Shown: one piece after another, positions 38,659 to 49,706 of the stretch | Layout of the letters: every line of letters begins with the position of its first letter | Position numbering within the stretch: the stretch's first letter is position 1 | Source: Candidatus Hermodarchaeum yapensis | GTDB lineage: Archaea > Asgardarchaeota > Hermodarchaeia > Hermodarchaeales > Hermodarchaeaceae | Direction of reading: 5' to 3' | DNA length: 64,000 bases | NCBI GenBank assembly: GCA_016840405.1 | Contig: JAEOSK010000013.1 | Location: 1-64,000, forward strand | Notes under the pieces: generated by a model | Database searches by the model: none | Told to the model about the DNA's origin: nothing | What the model saw: the letters and a program-made list of their open reading frames with translations, nothing else | Position numbers and translations under genes: made by a program

Positions 38659-39120
38659 GCACAACCGACCACAACATTATTATCAAACAATAACTATTTT
38701 TACACACCAATAAAACGGTGAACCAAAGAATGGCACTCTTAGGCGTTCAACAAATCATGACGGGTAAGAAGGTTGAAGCAAGCGACGTTATGCACTGCTT
38801 TCTTGGACTTCGGAACCTAGAAATCGATGTCTACTTCTCCCTGCTCAAAGGCCAAGCTACCGTTAAAGAGACTTCAGAAGCCCTTGGGCGAAACCGGAGC
38901 ACAATTCAGCGCGCAATTCAGAATCTAGTTCAACGTGGATTTGCATACCGTCGAACCCGAACATTACGAAAGGGCGGATATGTCTATGTCTATGAAGCCG
39001 TGAGCTTGTCAACTTTGAAAGATCTTATCAAGGACACATTGGACTCCTTCTACAAACAGATTGTGACTTTTTTGGACAAATATTGGGCGGAATCAGCGAA
39101 GAAACGTTAATCGGTTGTGC
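38659..39120. promoter_or_regulatory. 10-bp site GCACAACCGA upstream of the regulator, inverted copy upstream of the trxA operon
   Basis: GCACAACCGA 38659-38668; TCGGTTGTGC 39111-39120. Confidence 0.55.
38718..39110 (+). CDS. TrmB-like wHTH transcriptional regulator
   Basis: CFLGL..LEIDVY, RNRSTIQRAIQNL, GGYVYVY. Confidence 0.85.
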   Translation: MNQRMALLGVQQIMTGKKVEASDVMHCFLGLRNLEIDVYFSLLKGQATVKETSEALGRNRSTIQRAIQNLVQRGFAYRRTRTLRKGGYVYVYEAVSLSTLKDLIKDTLDSFYKQIVTFLDKYWAESAKKR

Positions 39121-39230
39121 ACAGTAGTGGAACTATCGATAGCTTTATATTATCACACATCCACCGAAAGTTAGTAGCTGCAAAAGAAGGAAAAGAAATG
39201 ACGTGCAGCTAAAAGGACGGTGAACGAGTA

Positions 39231-39461
39231 ATGGCAAAAATCGGTTGTCCGTTCTGTACCAAACAAGGAATAAGCATGGTCATTATTGGTCTAGCCCTTG
39301 TAATGCTGAGCATAACGATAGCAATACCCTGGCTAGCAATAATCGGGCTAGTCTTCCTACTCGCCGCATACATCGTCCCCAACTTCAGGAGCGGAGAAGG
39401 ATGCCACACTCAAGGTTGCACCAATCCCGCTCATAACCACGGAGAGGAGGAATCACAATGA
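39231..39461 (+). CDS. Small two-TM protein with CPFC and a Cys/His tail
   Basis: MAKIGCPFC, two hydrophobic helices, CHTQGCTNPAHNH; ATGA overlap with trxA. Confidence 0.75.
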   Translation: MAKIGCPFCTKQGISMVIIGLALVMLSITIAIPWLAIIGLVFLLAAYIVPNFRSGEGCHTQGCTNPAHNHGEEESQ

Positions 39462-39874
39462 GTGAACACCCCGATCCGGAACTTGCACGATTACGTGAAC
39501 AAAAAATTAAGGAGTTAAAACAAACAATGACAACCCAAACAGAACACCCCCAAACCCCACAAGGGGTTCTCCATTTATCCACCCAAGATTTCGATCAAAC
39601 CATTAGCAAAGGCGTCACCCTCGTAGACTTTCATGCTGAATGGTGTGGACCCTGTAAAATGATGGCACCAGTCGTCGATCAACTCGCCAAAGAATATGCT
39701 GGGCGAGCAAAAGTAGCAAAAATCGATATCGACCTCAATATTGAGATAGCAATGCGATATCGCGTCCAAGGTGTGCCCACCTTTGGCATCTTTAAAGATG
39801 GACAAATGGTCCACCGAATCGTTGGGGGCGTAGGTTACCAACCATTGAAAGGGGCACTGGATACTTTTCTTTAA
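39458..39874 (+). CDS. trxA: Thioredoxin
   Basis: WCGPC, VQGVPT; archaeal N-terminal ELARLREQK helix. Confidence 0.95.
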   Translation: MSEHPDPELARLREQKIKELKQTMTTQTEHPQTPQGVLHLSTQDFDQTISKGVTLVDFHAEWCGPCKMMAPVVDQLAKEYAGRAKVAKIDIDLNIEIAMRYRVQGVPTFGIFKDGQMVHRIVGGVGYQPLKGALDTFL

Positions 39875-39953
39875 ACCAACCGTTTCATGCTAGCTACTAT
39901 AATTCTGATTCAAGTATCTCCGAAAATCTTTTATTTTGTCATCAGATTTTTGT

Positions 39954-40033
39954 GAGCTGCTGATGCCCGTAATGCCTTCGGCATTACATCCAGAAAACGC
40001 TCAGCAGTATTTGGGATTTGGTAACAACAGCTC
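39954..40033 (+). ncRNA. Candidate structured leader or small RNA upstream of grpE
   Basis: GAGCTGCTGATGCC/GGTAACAACAGCTC closing helix and perfect GTAATGCC-TTC-GGCATTAC hairpin. Confidence 0.4.
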
Positions 40034-40064
40034 CCTTCATAACTAAGCAAGCAGAACACGTTTC

Positions 40065-40754
40065 ATGAAGAGTATGAGGTCGATTCGATCAATGACACAC
40101 AATCCTCATAACCAAGACGAAGTGACAAAGTCAAAAGAGGCTAAGAGTGAGGAAATTGAAGCTGCGAATCCCAGAAAGAAAGCCAAGAAACCTACGTTGA
40201 CTAAGAAGCAGCTGGAGAAAGCCTTAGACGAAGCCCAAGCCGAAGTTGAGAAACACAAGACACAACTTGCTTATGTCCAGGCAGATCATGAGAATTATGT
40301 CAAATCCATGGAAAAACACAAAACCCAGTTGCGACTCCAAGCCAATCGTGACTTGATTTTGTCATTGCTGCCAATCTTGGATGATTTAGAGCGAGCACAA
40401 ATTATGGTACCTCAAATTGAAATGAATGCCCCCTTTATTGAAGGGCTTAGTATGCTAGTTGATAACCTGAAAACTACCCTGCAAAATGCCGGCGTAAAGG
40501 CGATTTCCTGCGAGGGACAAGCCTTTGATCCTCTGCGTCATGAAGCGGTGGTTCGTAAAGAAACTTCAGAAGTCCCCCCAAATACCGTAATTGAAGAATT
40601 GCGGAAAGGTTATCTGCTAAAGGGAGCGTTATTGCGCCCGTCCACGGTGAAAATTGCAATTGCTCCCAAATCTCCAGAAGCTGCCAAAACCTCGCCAGTA
40701 AAAGGAGAAAAACCGAAGAAAAATTCATCAAAAAAAATGATTGTAACTGATTAA
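40065..40754 (+). CDS. grpE: Nucleotide exchange factor GrpE (start may be 40092)
   Basis: [31 protein letters not shown]. Confidence 0.93.
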   Translation: MKSMRSIRSMTHNPHNQDEVTKSKEAKSEEIEAANPRKKAKKPTLTKKQLEKALDEAQAEVEKHKTQLAYVQADHENYVKSMEKHKTQLRLQANRDLILSLLPILDDLERAQIMVPQIEMNAPFIEGLSMLVDNLKTTLQNAGVKAISCEGQAFDPLRHEAVVRKETSEVPPNTVIEELRKGYLLKGALLRPSTVKIAIAPKSPEAAKTSPVKGEKPKKNSSKKMIVTD

Positions 40755-40773
40755 TGATACAGAGTTGATTCGT

Positions 40774-42684
40774 ATGGCAAAAATTATTGGAATTGATCTG
40801 GGAACAAGTAACTCTGCGGCAGCCGTGATGCGCGGAGACCGACCAGTCATCATTCCCAGTGCAGAAGGTCAAACCCTATCAGGGAAAGCTTTCCCCTCCT
40901 ATATCGCCATCACCGATGATGGAACACGGCTAGTAGGTGAACCCGCCCGACGACAAGCAGTAGCAAACCCGGAAGGGACAGTTACAGCAGTCAAGCGGAA
41001 AATGGGCACCCGAAAAAAGATCAAGATAAGAGATAAAACCTACACACCTGAAGAACTCTCCTCGTTTATTTTACGTAAAATCAAAGCAGATTCAGAGGCC
41101 TTCCTTGAGGAACCAGTTCTGAAAGCAGTTATCACAGTTCCTGCCTATTTTAATGATAACCAAAGACAGGCAACGAAAGATGCTGGAGAACTTGCGGGTT
41201 TAGAAGTAGTGCGTTTGATTAACGAGCCGACGGCAGCCTCTCTTGCATATGGTATTGATAAGCTTGATCAGGAATTGAAGATTCTCGTGTTTGATCTCGG
41301 CGGAGGAACACTTGATGTCACTATCATGGATTTTGGACCTGATCCTGATACTGGGAGTGGACTATTTCAGGTCGTATCAACCGCAGGAGATACACAACTA
41401 GGTGGAACGGATATGGATCTCTCAGTAGCCAATTGGCTTGCTGACGAGTTCAAAGCTGAGCATGGAATGGATCTTCATGATGATCCAACTGCTTGGCGAC
41501 GGTTACTCGAAGCTGCAGAAAAGGCAAAAATCGAGCTCTCGAATGTTATCGAAACGGAAATCAACCTCCCGTATCTCACCGCCGACAAATCGGGTCCGAA
41601 ACACATGCAACGAAAATTAACTCGCGCAAAACTGGAAGACCTAGTTCGAGTGATCATTGAACGTTGTGACGGTCCAATGCGTACCGCAATCAAGGATGCC
41701 AAGTTACGACCGAAAGAAATTGACAAGATCATCCTTATTGGCGGACCAACACGCATGCCTATTGTCCGCCAGTATGTCGAGAAATTCATTGGGAAGAAAG
41801 CGGAACGTGGTGTAGATCCTATGGAAGCAGTGGCTCTTGGAGCCGCCATCCAAGCTGGTGTTATCACCGGAGAGGTCAAAGACCTCCTTCTTCTTGACGT
41901 TACACCGTTATCGTTGGGTGTGGAAACCAAAGGAGAAGTGATGACACGAATCATCGACAAAAACACAACTATTCCTATCACGCAGAGCCAAATCTTTAGT
42001 ACTGCAAGCAATATGCAGACGGTTGTGACAATTCATGTCCTTCAAGGTGAACGAGCTATGGCTCGTGATAATATCTCCTTGGGACAGTTCAACCTCACGG
42101 GTATTCCACCGGCGCCAATGGGTATTCCTCAAATCGAAGTCACTTTTGATATTGATGTTAATGGGATTCTACATGTGTCTGCAAAGGACCTCGGTACGGG
42201 TAATGAACAAAAAATTACGATTTCTGCATCGACAAAACTAACGGATGATCAGAAGGAGCGAATGGTTGCGGACGCTGAAAAGTATGAAGAAGAAGATAAG
42301 CGCCACCGGGAAGAAGTCGAAGAATTCAACAAAGCAGAATCAATGGTCTATACGGCTCGGAAAACCCTGAAAGAACATGGCGATAAAGTAAGTGAGGAAG
42401 ATCGCCAAAAGGTCGAAGAGTCTACCAACCGGCTTGAAAAAGCCGTGCAAGACAAAGACCTCGCTGCAGTGAAAGAGGAAATGGAAACACTCACTGACGT
42501 AATACAAGGTCTTGGAGCTGCGGTCTACCAGCAAGTCGCTGAAGAACAAGCTCGACAACAAGCCCAAGCAGGAGTTCCTGACGAAGAGCCATCTGAACCA
42601 ACGAAGAAGAAGAAAAAGAAAAAGTCCAAAGAAAAAGTCGTTGACGCTGATTACGAAGTCGTAGACGATGAAGACAAGAAGTAA
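40774..42684 (+). CDS. dnaK: Hsp70 chaperone
   Basis: [31 protein letters not shown]. Confidence 0.98.
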   Translation: MAKIIGIDLGTSNSAAAVMRGDRPVIIPSAEGQTLSGKAFPSYIAITDDGTRLVGEPARRQAVANPEGTVTAVKRKMGTRKKIKIRDKTYTPEELSSFILRKIKADSEAFLEEPVLKAVITVPAYFNDNQRQATKDAGELAGLEVVRLINEPTAASLAYGIDKLDQELKILVFDLGGGTLDVTIMDFGPDPDTGSGLFQVVSTAGDTQLGGTDMDLSVANWLADEFKAEHGMDLHDDPTAWRRLLEAAEKAKIELSNVIETEINLPYLTADKSGPKHMQRKLTRAKLEDLVRVIIERCDGPMRTAIKDAKLRPKEIDKIILIGGPTRMPIVRQYVEKFIGKKAERGVDPMEAVALGAAIQAGVITGEVKDLLLLDVTPLSLGVETKGEVMTRIIDKNTTIPITQSQIFSTASNMQTVVTIHVLQGERAMARDNISLGQFNLTGIPPAPMGIPQIEVTFDIDVNGILHVSAKDLGTGNEQKITISASTKLTDDQKERMVADAEKYEEEDKRHREEVEEFNKAESMVYTARKTLKEHGDKVSEEDRQKVEESTNRLEKAVQDKDLAAVKEEMETLTDVIQGLGAAVYQQVAEEQARQQAQAGVPDEEPSEPTKKKKKKKSKEKVVDADYEVVDDEDKK

Positions 42685-42779
42685 TCAGATCTTTCGACAC
42701 AACACTAATTCATCCTCATTCAGATTAACGTTGGCAGAACAAATAAAAGCCCAGTTTAGATTCCTGTTTACTGTATTCG

Positions 42780-43895
42780 GTGACTAGCGTGAGTTATGGC
42801 AATAACCAAAAACGCGATTATTACGAAGTCTTGGGAGTCCCGCGTCAGGCTACAAAAGAAGAGATTCGTAAAGCATATCGAAAACTCGCGCTTAAATATC
42901 ACCCCGACCGTAACAAGGAGCTGGATGCCTCAGACAAGTTCAAAGAGATCTCGGAAGCCTACGCGATTCTTTCCGATGATCAAAAACGAGCTCAATACGA
43001 CCAGTTCGGTCATGCAGGCATAAGTGGCCGTTATACTGCCGAAGATATTTTCGGCGGAATTAATTTTGAGGATATCCTCCGAGGCTTTGGCCTCGGTGGT
43101 GGTCTAGGCGGCTTTGGAAGCGTATTCGATTTCTTCACGGGCAGAAGGGGACGCAGCGCCCCCGGTCGCACCACAGCTATAGACCTCCGTTATGACATGG
43201 AAATTACACTCAAAGAAGCAGCGACTGGTATTGAAAAAGAAATCAGCCTCAAACGAGATGAACAATGCCCACATTGTGAAGGAAAGGGGGCTGAACCCGG
43301 AACGCCTTTGAATACCTGTACTAATTGTGGAGGTTATGGGGAACTCCGTCAAGTCCAACAAACAATGTTCGGGCAAGTTATCCGCGTGGGTACCTGTCCT
43401 ACCTGTCAAGGTAGAGGACAAATCGCTGAAACCCTCTGTTCAGAGTGTAAAGGAAAACGAACCGTTAAGGAAAAGCGAAGTATCCGGGTCCAGATTCCAC
43501 CTGGTATCGAATCTGGTTCCATGCTCCGCTTGAAGGGCCAAGGGGCGTCTCATGATGGGGGGCGTCCTGGTGACCTCTATGTTGTGGTTCATATCAAAGC
43601 GGATAAAACATTCCAGCGCGTGGGTGATGATCTTGTTATTGAAGTGTCAATCACCATCACTCAAGCCACATTGGGATCAGAGATTGAAGTTCCGACTCTC
43701 ATGTCTCAAGCCCGGTTAAAAATTCCTGCAGGTACACAACCGGATACGGTCCTTCGCCTTAGGGGTCAAGGTATGCCACGTACGCAATGGCGAGGAAAAG
43801 GCGATCTGTTGGTTCGCATTAATGTTCAAGTGCCCAAGAAATTATCAAAGCGTCAGCGTGAGTTGTTAGAGCAGCTATCCAAGGAATTAGATTAA
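42780..43895 (+). CDS. dnaJ: Chaperone DnaJ
   Basis: HPD J-domain, G/F region, four CxxCxGxG-type repeats. Confidence 0.97.
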   Translation: MTSVSYGNNQKRDYYEVLGVPRQATKEEIRKAYRKLALKYHPDRNKELDASDKFKEISEAYAILSDDQKRAQYDQFGHAGISGRYTAEDIFGGINFEDILRGFGLGGGLGGFGSVFDFFTGRRGRSAPGRTTAIDLRYDMEITLKEAATGIEKEISLKRDEQCPHCEGKGAEPGTPLNTCTNCGGYGELRQVQQTMFGQVIRVGTCPTCQGRGQIAETLCSECKGKRTVKEKRSIRVQIPPGIESGSMLRLKGQGASHDGGRPGDLYVVVHIKADKTFQRVGDDLVIEVSITITQATLGSEIEVPTLMSQARLKIPAGTQPDTVLRLRGQGMPRTQWRGKGDLLVRINVQVPKKLSKRQRELLEQLSKELD

Positions 43896-43919
43896 GGGTC
43901 TACACGTAAATGAACAAAA

Positions 43920-45314
43920 TTACTCAGCTTTAGCCACAACTTGGATATTGCGAAACTGAATGGAAGGACCAATTATTGATCCTCCACCATCTGAGAGATA
44001 TGCTCGTACATCGCTACCGACTTCTTCAGCTTTTTTGATGAATTCGAATGCATTTCCAGCAAGCATTAGTCCATGGACGGCTCCGACGAGCTTCCCATCT
44101 TTGATTCGAAAGGCTGGATTGCCCACCACACTGTAATCGCCTGTTTCTTGATTCGAAGAGTGGGCGCCTTGTAATCCGTTGATGAGGTATCCTGATTTGA
44201 TGTCGCTGATCATATCCTCTTGTGAACGTTTGCCTCCAGGAACGACAATGTTTGTTGGGGCAATATTGAGTACTCCTGTTCGGAGGTTTCGCGTCGCATT
44301 TCCTGTGGTGATTCCACCATGACGTTGTGCCCAATAGTTATTCCATAAGAACGAACGGAGTTTTCCTTTCTCAATAAGGGGCGTCTTTTGTCGGGCAACC
44401 CCTTCGCCATCGAACAGCTCTGTTGCATATCCATTTTCTTTGAGTCCATCATCGGTGAAGGAAAGAATTTTGGAAGCGACCATGTCACCCATCTTGTCGG
44501 CTAGCATTGATTTTTCGCGGACTACATTATCTCCCTTGATGGCGGGCATAAAGGCGTAGGTAAGTAATTTATCCAAGGCAGATGCATTAAAAATCACTGT
44601 TCCGGTTTCCGTTTTCCCTTTTGCTGAATTCTTTGCCAAATGAACATCTTTCAGGGTATTTTCGACAACATAATCCAAGTCTAGTTGGAAATTGCGGTTC
44701 ACATCGATGGTCCAAACCATCGGAGTCATCCCCGATTCAATGGGCGTCACAAATGCAGCATAGGCGTATACACCAGTACCTCGATCCGAAATCGCAATGT
44801 CATTGGAGTTTGCATACGCTGTCCATCCAAAAAAGCCACCTGCACCTCCCTCACCAAAGATGATTTCTGGATCTCGTTGTTTTGTTTGCTGAATCATTGT
44901 TGTTGACATATCAACGAATACACCTGGGTCAGTTTCTGGAATTTTGTTATCCCAGACCTTCGGTTCTTTGGGATATTTCTTTGGTTGAGGAAAATCTTGC
45001 CATGTCGAGTCAGAGGTACTTGCCTTTGCTGCCGCAATTGCTCGCTTCACGCTTTTCTCCAAAATACTTTGTTCCAGACGATTTGTGAAAGCTGAACCAA
45101 GGCGTTGATCAACGACACAGCGGATGGAGGCGCCAGCTTCTTGGGATTTAGATGTCCGGTTAATTTCTCCTAAAATAATTTCGGCACTTATTTCAAAATT
45201 ATTTCTTATGAGGACTTCGATTTGATCGGAGTGTTTCATGCCATAAGCCACGGTCTTTTCTGCTAGAGCAAGTAGGGTTTGTCGGTTTTCTTTCATTCTT
45301 AATTCACGCTCCAT
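43920..45314 (-). CDS. pmbA: PmbA/TldE protein
   Basis: FDGEGV, TTGNA, TGDYS; no HExxH; adjacent to tldD. Confidence 0.85.
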   Translation of the reverse strand: MERELRMKENRQTLLALAEKTVAYGMKHSDQIEVLIRNNFEISAEIILGEINRTSKSQEAGASIRCVVDQRLGSAFTNRLEQSILEKSVKRAIAAAKASTSDSTWQDFPQPKKYPKEPKVWDNKIPETDPGVFVDMSTTMIQQTKQRDPEIIFGEGGAGGFFGWTAYANSNDIAISDRGTGVYAYAAFVTPIESGMTPMVWTIDVNRNFQLDLDYVVENTLKDVHLAKNSAKGKTETGTVIFNASALDKLLTYAFMPAIKGDNVVREKSMLADKMGDMVASKILSFTDDGLKENGYATELFDGEGVARQKTPLIEKGKLRSFLWNNYWAQRHGGITTGNATRNLRTGVLNIAPTNIVVPGGKRSQEDMISDIKSGYLINGLQGAHSSNQETGDYSVVGNPAFRIKDGKLVGAVHGLMLAGNAFEFIKKAEEVGSDVRAYLSDGGGSIIGPSIQFRNIQVVAKAE

Positions 45315-45320
45315 GTAGAA

Positions 45321-46736
45321 TCACGCTTTTCCTCCAAAGGTAATCGGTCCACTCCCAAAACGAATTCGCGGGCCACCATCACTGATTAATGCTTCTTGCC
45401 CCTTTCCGCATCGTCCTTCTTCAAATCTGAATTCATCTTTTCCGACACCTTCGATTTGGAGTAAAGCATCGGTGGCAATTCCAGAAATAGACATGTTGGT
45501 TACAGAATTCCCGAGTTCACCATTCACAATCTCATAGGCTTCTTGAATTCCGACTTGAAAACTCGCATTCATTTGGGCTTGACCTCCTGCTACACTGAGG
45601 CAATAATACCCGAAGTCAATGCCCTCAAAGAGTTCATCATCTGACACATCACCACGCTCGAAGAATGTATTTCGCATTCGAATCATCGGACTGTAGCGGT
45701 AGTCTTGAGCTCGCGCATTACCTGAAGCGGGTAATCCGGTTCTGTGGGCATATTCTCGGTCGGTTAGGAGGGCGTGTAGAATGCCATCCTTGATGAGTTC
45801 CACACGGCTCGTGGGAACGCCCTCATCATCATACTTGTCGGTTCCCATTCCATCCTTGATGGTACCATCGTCCACCATGGTTACTCCCTTTGGAGCAATG
45901 TATTGACCCATTTTTCCGTTGAAAGGACTTTGTAAGGTGAGATCAGCTTCTCCGAGATGACCTAGGGCTTCATGAGCAAGGGTTCCAACAACATTGGGAC
46001 CTAACACACATGGGAAGCTTCCAGGTTTAGGTGTTGACCCAGCGAGTTGCCTTTTCACGCGATTGACGACTCTCTCTGCAACAACCTCTGGTGTCTGGTT
46101 ATGTTCATAATACTCCCATCCAAGAGATGATGATCCTGTCTCATCACGTGATCCTGTGATTTTTCCATTCTCTTTTGCGGTAACCCATACCCAGAGATGT
46201 ACATGACCGAATCCTATTTCGAGTTGAGTTCCTTCGTTGGTCGCAATATACTTCGTTCCATACCCATCGCGTTGACGAACAGTGATGGCTGAGACACGAG
46301 AATCAAGTCGTTGTGTTTCCTTCCAGAGCTTGGCGGCGTAAGCGATTTTTTCGTCGGGGTCAACCTCCGTGGGATTTCGTCCAACTTTGAGGAGAACCTT
46401 ATCTTGGACTGGTTTGATTTCAGCTAGCTCAATTGGTTGGTTTCGAGCTTTACTTGCACTTAGGGCAAGTGAATAGGCATCCTTCACTGAGGATTTTAGA
46501 CCGTCTATTGATAGGTCGCTTGTAGATACAAATCCCCAGGTTCCACCAGCTAAAACACGGATTGCTGCGCCTTCTTCGATGCGTTGGCTGATGCTGCGCA
46601 CACGTCCATCCTCATACTGAGAATTGTTCCGATTAAGAGACTCAGCACGCAATTCCGCGTATGTGGCACCGAGGCTTTGACCGTAGTCAGCAGCCTTCTG
46701 AAGTTTGTCAATCAATCTAATCACTTCAAGGGGCAA
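45321..46736 (-). CDS. tldD: TldD metalloprotease
   Basis: HEALGHLGEAD, DDEG, RMRNT, CGK. Confidence 0.9.
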   Translation of the reverse strand: MPLEVIRLIDKLQKAADYGQSLGATYAELRAESLNRNNSQYEDGRVRSISQRIEEGAAIRVLAGGTWGFVSTSDLSIDGLKSSVKDAYSLALSASKARNQPIELAEIKPVQDKVLLKVGRNPTEVDPDEKIAYAAKLWKETQRLDSRVSAITVRQRDGYGTKYIATNEGTQLEIGFGHVHLWVWVTAKENGKITGSRDETGSSSLGWEYYEHNQTPEVVAERVVNRVKRQLAGSTPKPGSFPCVLGPNVVGTLAHEALGHLGEADLTLQSPFNGKMGQYIAPKGVTMVDDGTIKDGMGTDKYDDEGVPTSRVELIKDGILHALLTDREYAHRTGLPASGNARAQDYRYSPMIRMRNTFFERGDVSDDELFEGIDFGYYCLSVAGGQAQMNASFQVGIQEAYEIVNGELGNSVTNMSISGIATDALLQIEGVGKDEFRFEEGRCGKGQEALISDGGPRIRFGSGPITFGGKA

Positions 46737-46767
46737 TCAAGAATCAGTATCGTGCCGATAAGTAGTA

Positions 46768-47310
46768 GTGAATCCTTTAAAAGAAAGGTGGATATCGTAT
46801 AATTTGGAGAAAGAAATTGTGATCCAAAACCCTCCAACCCAACCGAGGTTTATTCTTGATGGGATGCTCGGATCACTAGCCCGATGGCTTCGCCTATTCG
46901 GTTATGATACTCTATACAGTGATACACAATCGGATGACGAAATCTTAGACCTAATCCAAGATCGAGTGCTGCTTACGAGAGATATCGAGTTGATTGCTCG
47001 GGCTCGTGCACAGGGCTTCAAAGCGTTGAATCCGGGTGAGGGATCTGTGGAAACAATGTTAGAATCACTTCAAGATAAGTTGGGAGTACGATTCACTGAG
47101 GATCCAAATCGAAGTCGATGCTCCCAATGTAACACACCTGTCCGACTTGTCCCAAAGGAAGAAGTCGAAGGCGATGTCCCAGAGGGTTCGTTCAAACGTC
47201 ATCACAAGTTCTGGCGGTGCACAAATCCTGCTTGTCAAAAAGTGTATTGGCAGGGTCGCCATTGGATACGAATTCGCAGGATCCTTAATCAGCTAGGTTC
47301 GAATAGTTAG
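46768..47310 (+). CDS. Mut7-C RNase (PIN-like) domain protein
   Basis: DGMLGSLARWLRLFGYD, LLTRD, RCSQCN, YWQGRH. Confidence 0.9.
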   Translation: MNPLKERWISYNLEKEIVIQNPPTQPRFILDGMLGSLARWLRLFGYDTLYSDTQSDDEILDLIQDRVLLTRDIELIARARAQGFKALNPGEGSVETMLESLQDKLGVRFTEDPNRSRCSQCNTPVRLVPKEEVEGDVPEGSFKRHHKFWRCTNPACQKVYWQGRHWIRIRRILNQLGSNS

Positions 47311-47316
47311 CAGATG

Positions 47317-47844
47317 TTAGGGAATGAAATACTGGGGGAGGAGGAAACGAGGTAATGCACATATGACGGCATCACGTAGAATTTGGGTTCGTGTCAGCTG
47401 ATTTTGGGTGAGTACGCCAACCACTCCTTCTTGGTGAAATATATTGGAGCGCCCCAGAAGCTGTTCAACTGTTTGTTTACTTCGGTCACTAGAGGGATCG
47501 ATTTTTGCTATGAGATTAGGTGAAACCTCAAACGCCACTGAACAACCCAAACCCACTTCATCATCTTTTCTTACAACGGCAAAGCCTTGCACGAGAAAAT
47601 AAGTTTCAATTGAGAAAACGCCAGCTTCGATACCTACAGCATAATCTATTGAGGTGTCAGCCTCCCAAGCCTTTTGAGCTCGATTGTGTGCCCCTGTGAG
47701 TGTTTCCTGCTGAGACATGGGAAAGGGTTGAACCCCGGAGTCAACAGAGACGGGCACTAGTTCTAGCTCATCGAAATAAAGACCAAAGGCTTGATTGACA
47801 GCTTCAACTTTAACTGAATTTTGTGAACCAACAGCGATGCGCAT
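47317..47844 (-). CDS. yjjX: Inosine/xanthosine triphosphatase
   Basis: GSQNSVK, SGV, GAHNRA, GIEAG, GVLT. Confidence 0.85.
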   Translation of the reverse strand: MRIAVGSQNSVKVEAVNQAFGLYFDELELVPVSVDSGVQPFPMSQQETLTGAHNRAQKAWEADTSIDYAVGIEAGVFSIETYFLVQGFAVVRKDDEVGLGCSVAFEVSPNLIAKIDPSSDRSKQTVEQLLGRSNIFHQEGVVGVLTQNQLTRTQILRDAVICALPRFLLPQYFIP

Positions 47845-47899
47845 ATGTGGGAGTAGTCTCTTTGGGTTTTAAAGACTGGGTTTCAAATGAGTTCCGTAG

Positions 47900-48529
47900 C
47901 TAGGTGGATGGGGGAATCTGTCCGAGGGGCATAATTTCGCGTTTGTACGTCTCATTTAGCACTGATGCAAGTCCATAGTAAATCCCAACGAATCCTGCAG
48001 CAACGCCTACCCAGCCGGCAATCCAGACGAGAGTGATATCAGCAATGGTTGTAGTATTCCAACTTTCCCAAGCATGGAAATACCCGAAAGCTACGAGCCA
48101 TAAGAAAATGGCGAGTAGAAAGAAGTTGATCTGCAAGACGCGATTTGTTTTCATGGAGCTGAGAAACAGCCAAAAGGCTAGAAGTCCCCAAAGGAAGAAG
48201 AATGGCATTTGCATCAGCATAGCTACTGCAGGTTCTGTAACCGGTGTTACTAGTCCAAGTGCGGGAAGGAAGTAGATGAAGGCATAGGAAAACCAGAAAG
48301 TAGCCGCCAGTATGTACGTGATTGCTGCAAAGGAGTTTCCTGTTTTCAATGACCACAAGCCGGCGATGAGCGGGGCTAGTCCGCCAGCGAATAACCCAGT
48401 GGCTAGAATAACGCCCATGGCGTTGGTATCAAGGATTTGAGCCATATAGAGAGACAGGAGTAATAGTGAAAATCCGAATCCAATTGCTCCAAATGAGGTT
48501 GTATTAGCAACCGGTTGGTCGTTCATCAA
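47900..48529 (-). CDS. GPR1/FUN34/YaaH acetate uptake transporter (SatP-like)
   Basis: ANTTSFGAIGF, GNSFAA, FW, YYGLASVLNE. Confidence 0.85.
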   Translation of the reverse strand: MMNDQPVANTTSFGAIGFGFSLLLLSLYMAQILDTNAMGVILATGLFAGGLAPLIAGLWSLKTGNSFAAITYILAATFWFSYAFIYFLPALGLVTPVTEPAVAMLMQMPFFFLWGLLAFWLFLSSMKTNRVLQINFFLLAIFLWLVAFGYFHAWESWNTTTIADITLVWIAGWVGVAAGFVGIYYGLASVLNETYKREIMPLGQIPPST

Positions 48530-48714
48530 AATTCACCAAATGAGTAGTTCTAGCTGGCGTTTCATGCCTTGAATTATATAAGCGTGCGTATTTTCGATTT
48601 TTAGCCCTCAAAGTGTAGTAAAACCTACCAGAGGAATTATGCCGGGATGGTCAATCTTTTAATTTACGAATTTCTTAGATTCAGACAGAACGAAAGACGA
48701 AGTCTTTTGGAGGA

Positions 48715-49689
48715 ATGGTATTAATGGAATTAGATACAGTTGAAACTCTGGCAATATTAGGCGGAATCGGAGCAGTCCTAAGTCCAATTATTGCAGTTTC
48801 TAGATTTTGGATTATTCCTATCATATGGCAACCTTTCTACTATTTGTCCCAGCTGGGATTTCTCCTGCTCTTGCTATCATTCTTAGGCGGGATAGTAGGT
48901 TGTATAATGGCTGTAAGATCAGGGGGATTTGTGAAGAAAATGCCACAGCGGGCAGCCTGGGATCTAAAGTACGTTGGGATTGTGGTTCTTGTGGTGGGAA
49001 TACTTGCCCCCGTGAATATTTTCCAAATCATATCAGGGTCGCTAATCCTAATTGCTGGCGTTGATGTAGGTGAGACGTGGATGAAGATTCAACGGGCGCG
49101 AGGACAAACCGGTTGGCCTTATGCAACCGTGGCAACAGCGGTTGGTAGTGACTGGACCCGTCGGTTGTCTTGTCGATTTTGTGGTGCACCTCTAGTCGTC
49201 CGTGCTGTGAAAGCTAGGAACCATCTAGTTCTTCTAAAAACAAAGTGTGCATTAGATAAAACCAGCGATGTGATTCGATTGCCTCTTGCACAATTAGAAT
49301 CATGGTTGCCTTCGGTTGCTGACCGCATCCATCGCTGTGAAAAATGTGGTGAGCGAACGGTTGCACTGCTTGTTGTGAGACAAGATGCTAATTCAACGTA
49401 TCTTCATCCATACTGCCCAAATGGGCACCCCAACCGGAACTATCGAATTGTATGGACGCCTATGTATCCCCACCTAGCACGATCACCAGCTGTTGGTGTG
49501 GGAGTTCAATCTCAAATTCAACCCCAAGTTCGACCCCAAGTCATCCCAGTCACACAACCCATATCCATATCAGCTAGAGTTACACAAACTAATATGCGGG
49601 ACCTACCCATTCAATATTGCAGTAATTGTGGAGTCCGAATTAATTATTCGGATAAATTCTGTTATCGATGTGGGTCCCAAATCCAATAA
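48715..49689 (+). CDS. Membrane protein with tandem Cys/His zinc-binding units and a C-terminal double zinc ribbon
   Basis: About 4 TMs; CRFC...C, CEKC...CPNGH; YCSNCG...FCYRCG. Confidence 0.8.
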   Translation: MVLMELDTVETLAILGGIGAVLSPIIAVSRFWIIPIIWQPFYYLSQLGFLLLLLSFLGGIVGCIMAVRSGGFVKKMPQRAAWDLKYVGIVVLVVGILAPVNIFQIISGSLILIAGVDVGETWMKIQRARGQTGWPYATVATAVGSDWTRRLSCRFCGAPLVVRAVKARNHLVLLKTKCALDKTSDVIRLPLAQLESWLPSVADRIHRCEKCGERTVALLVVRQDANSTYLHPYCPNGHPNRNYRIVWTPMYPHLARSPAVGVGVQSQIQPQVRPQVIPVTQPISISARVTQTNMRDLPIQYCSNCGVRINYSDKFCYRCGSQIQ

Positions 49690-49706
49690 GCAAACGTGAA
49701 AACTCT

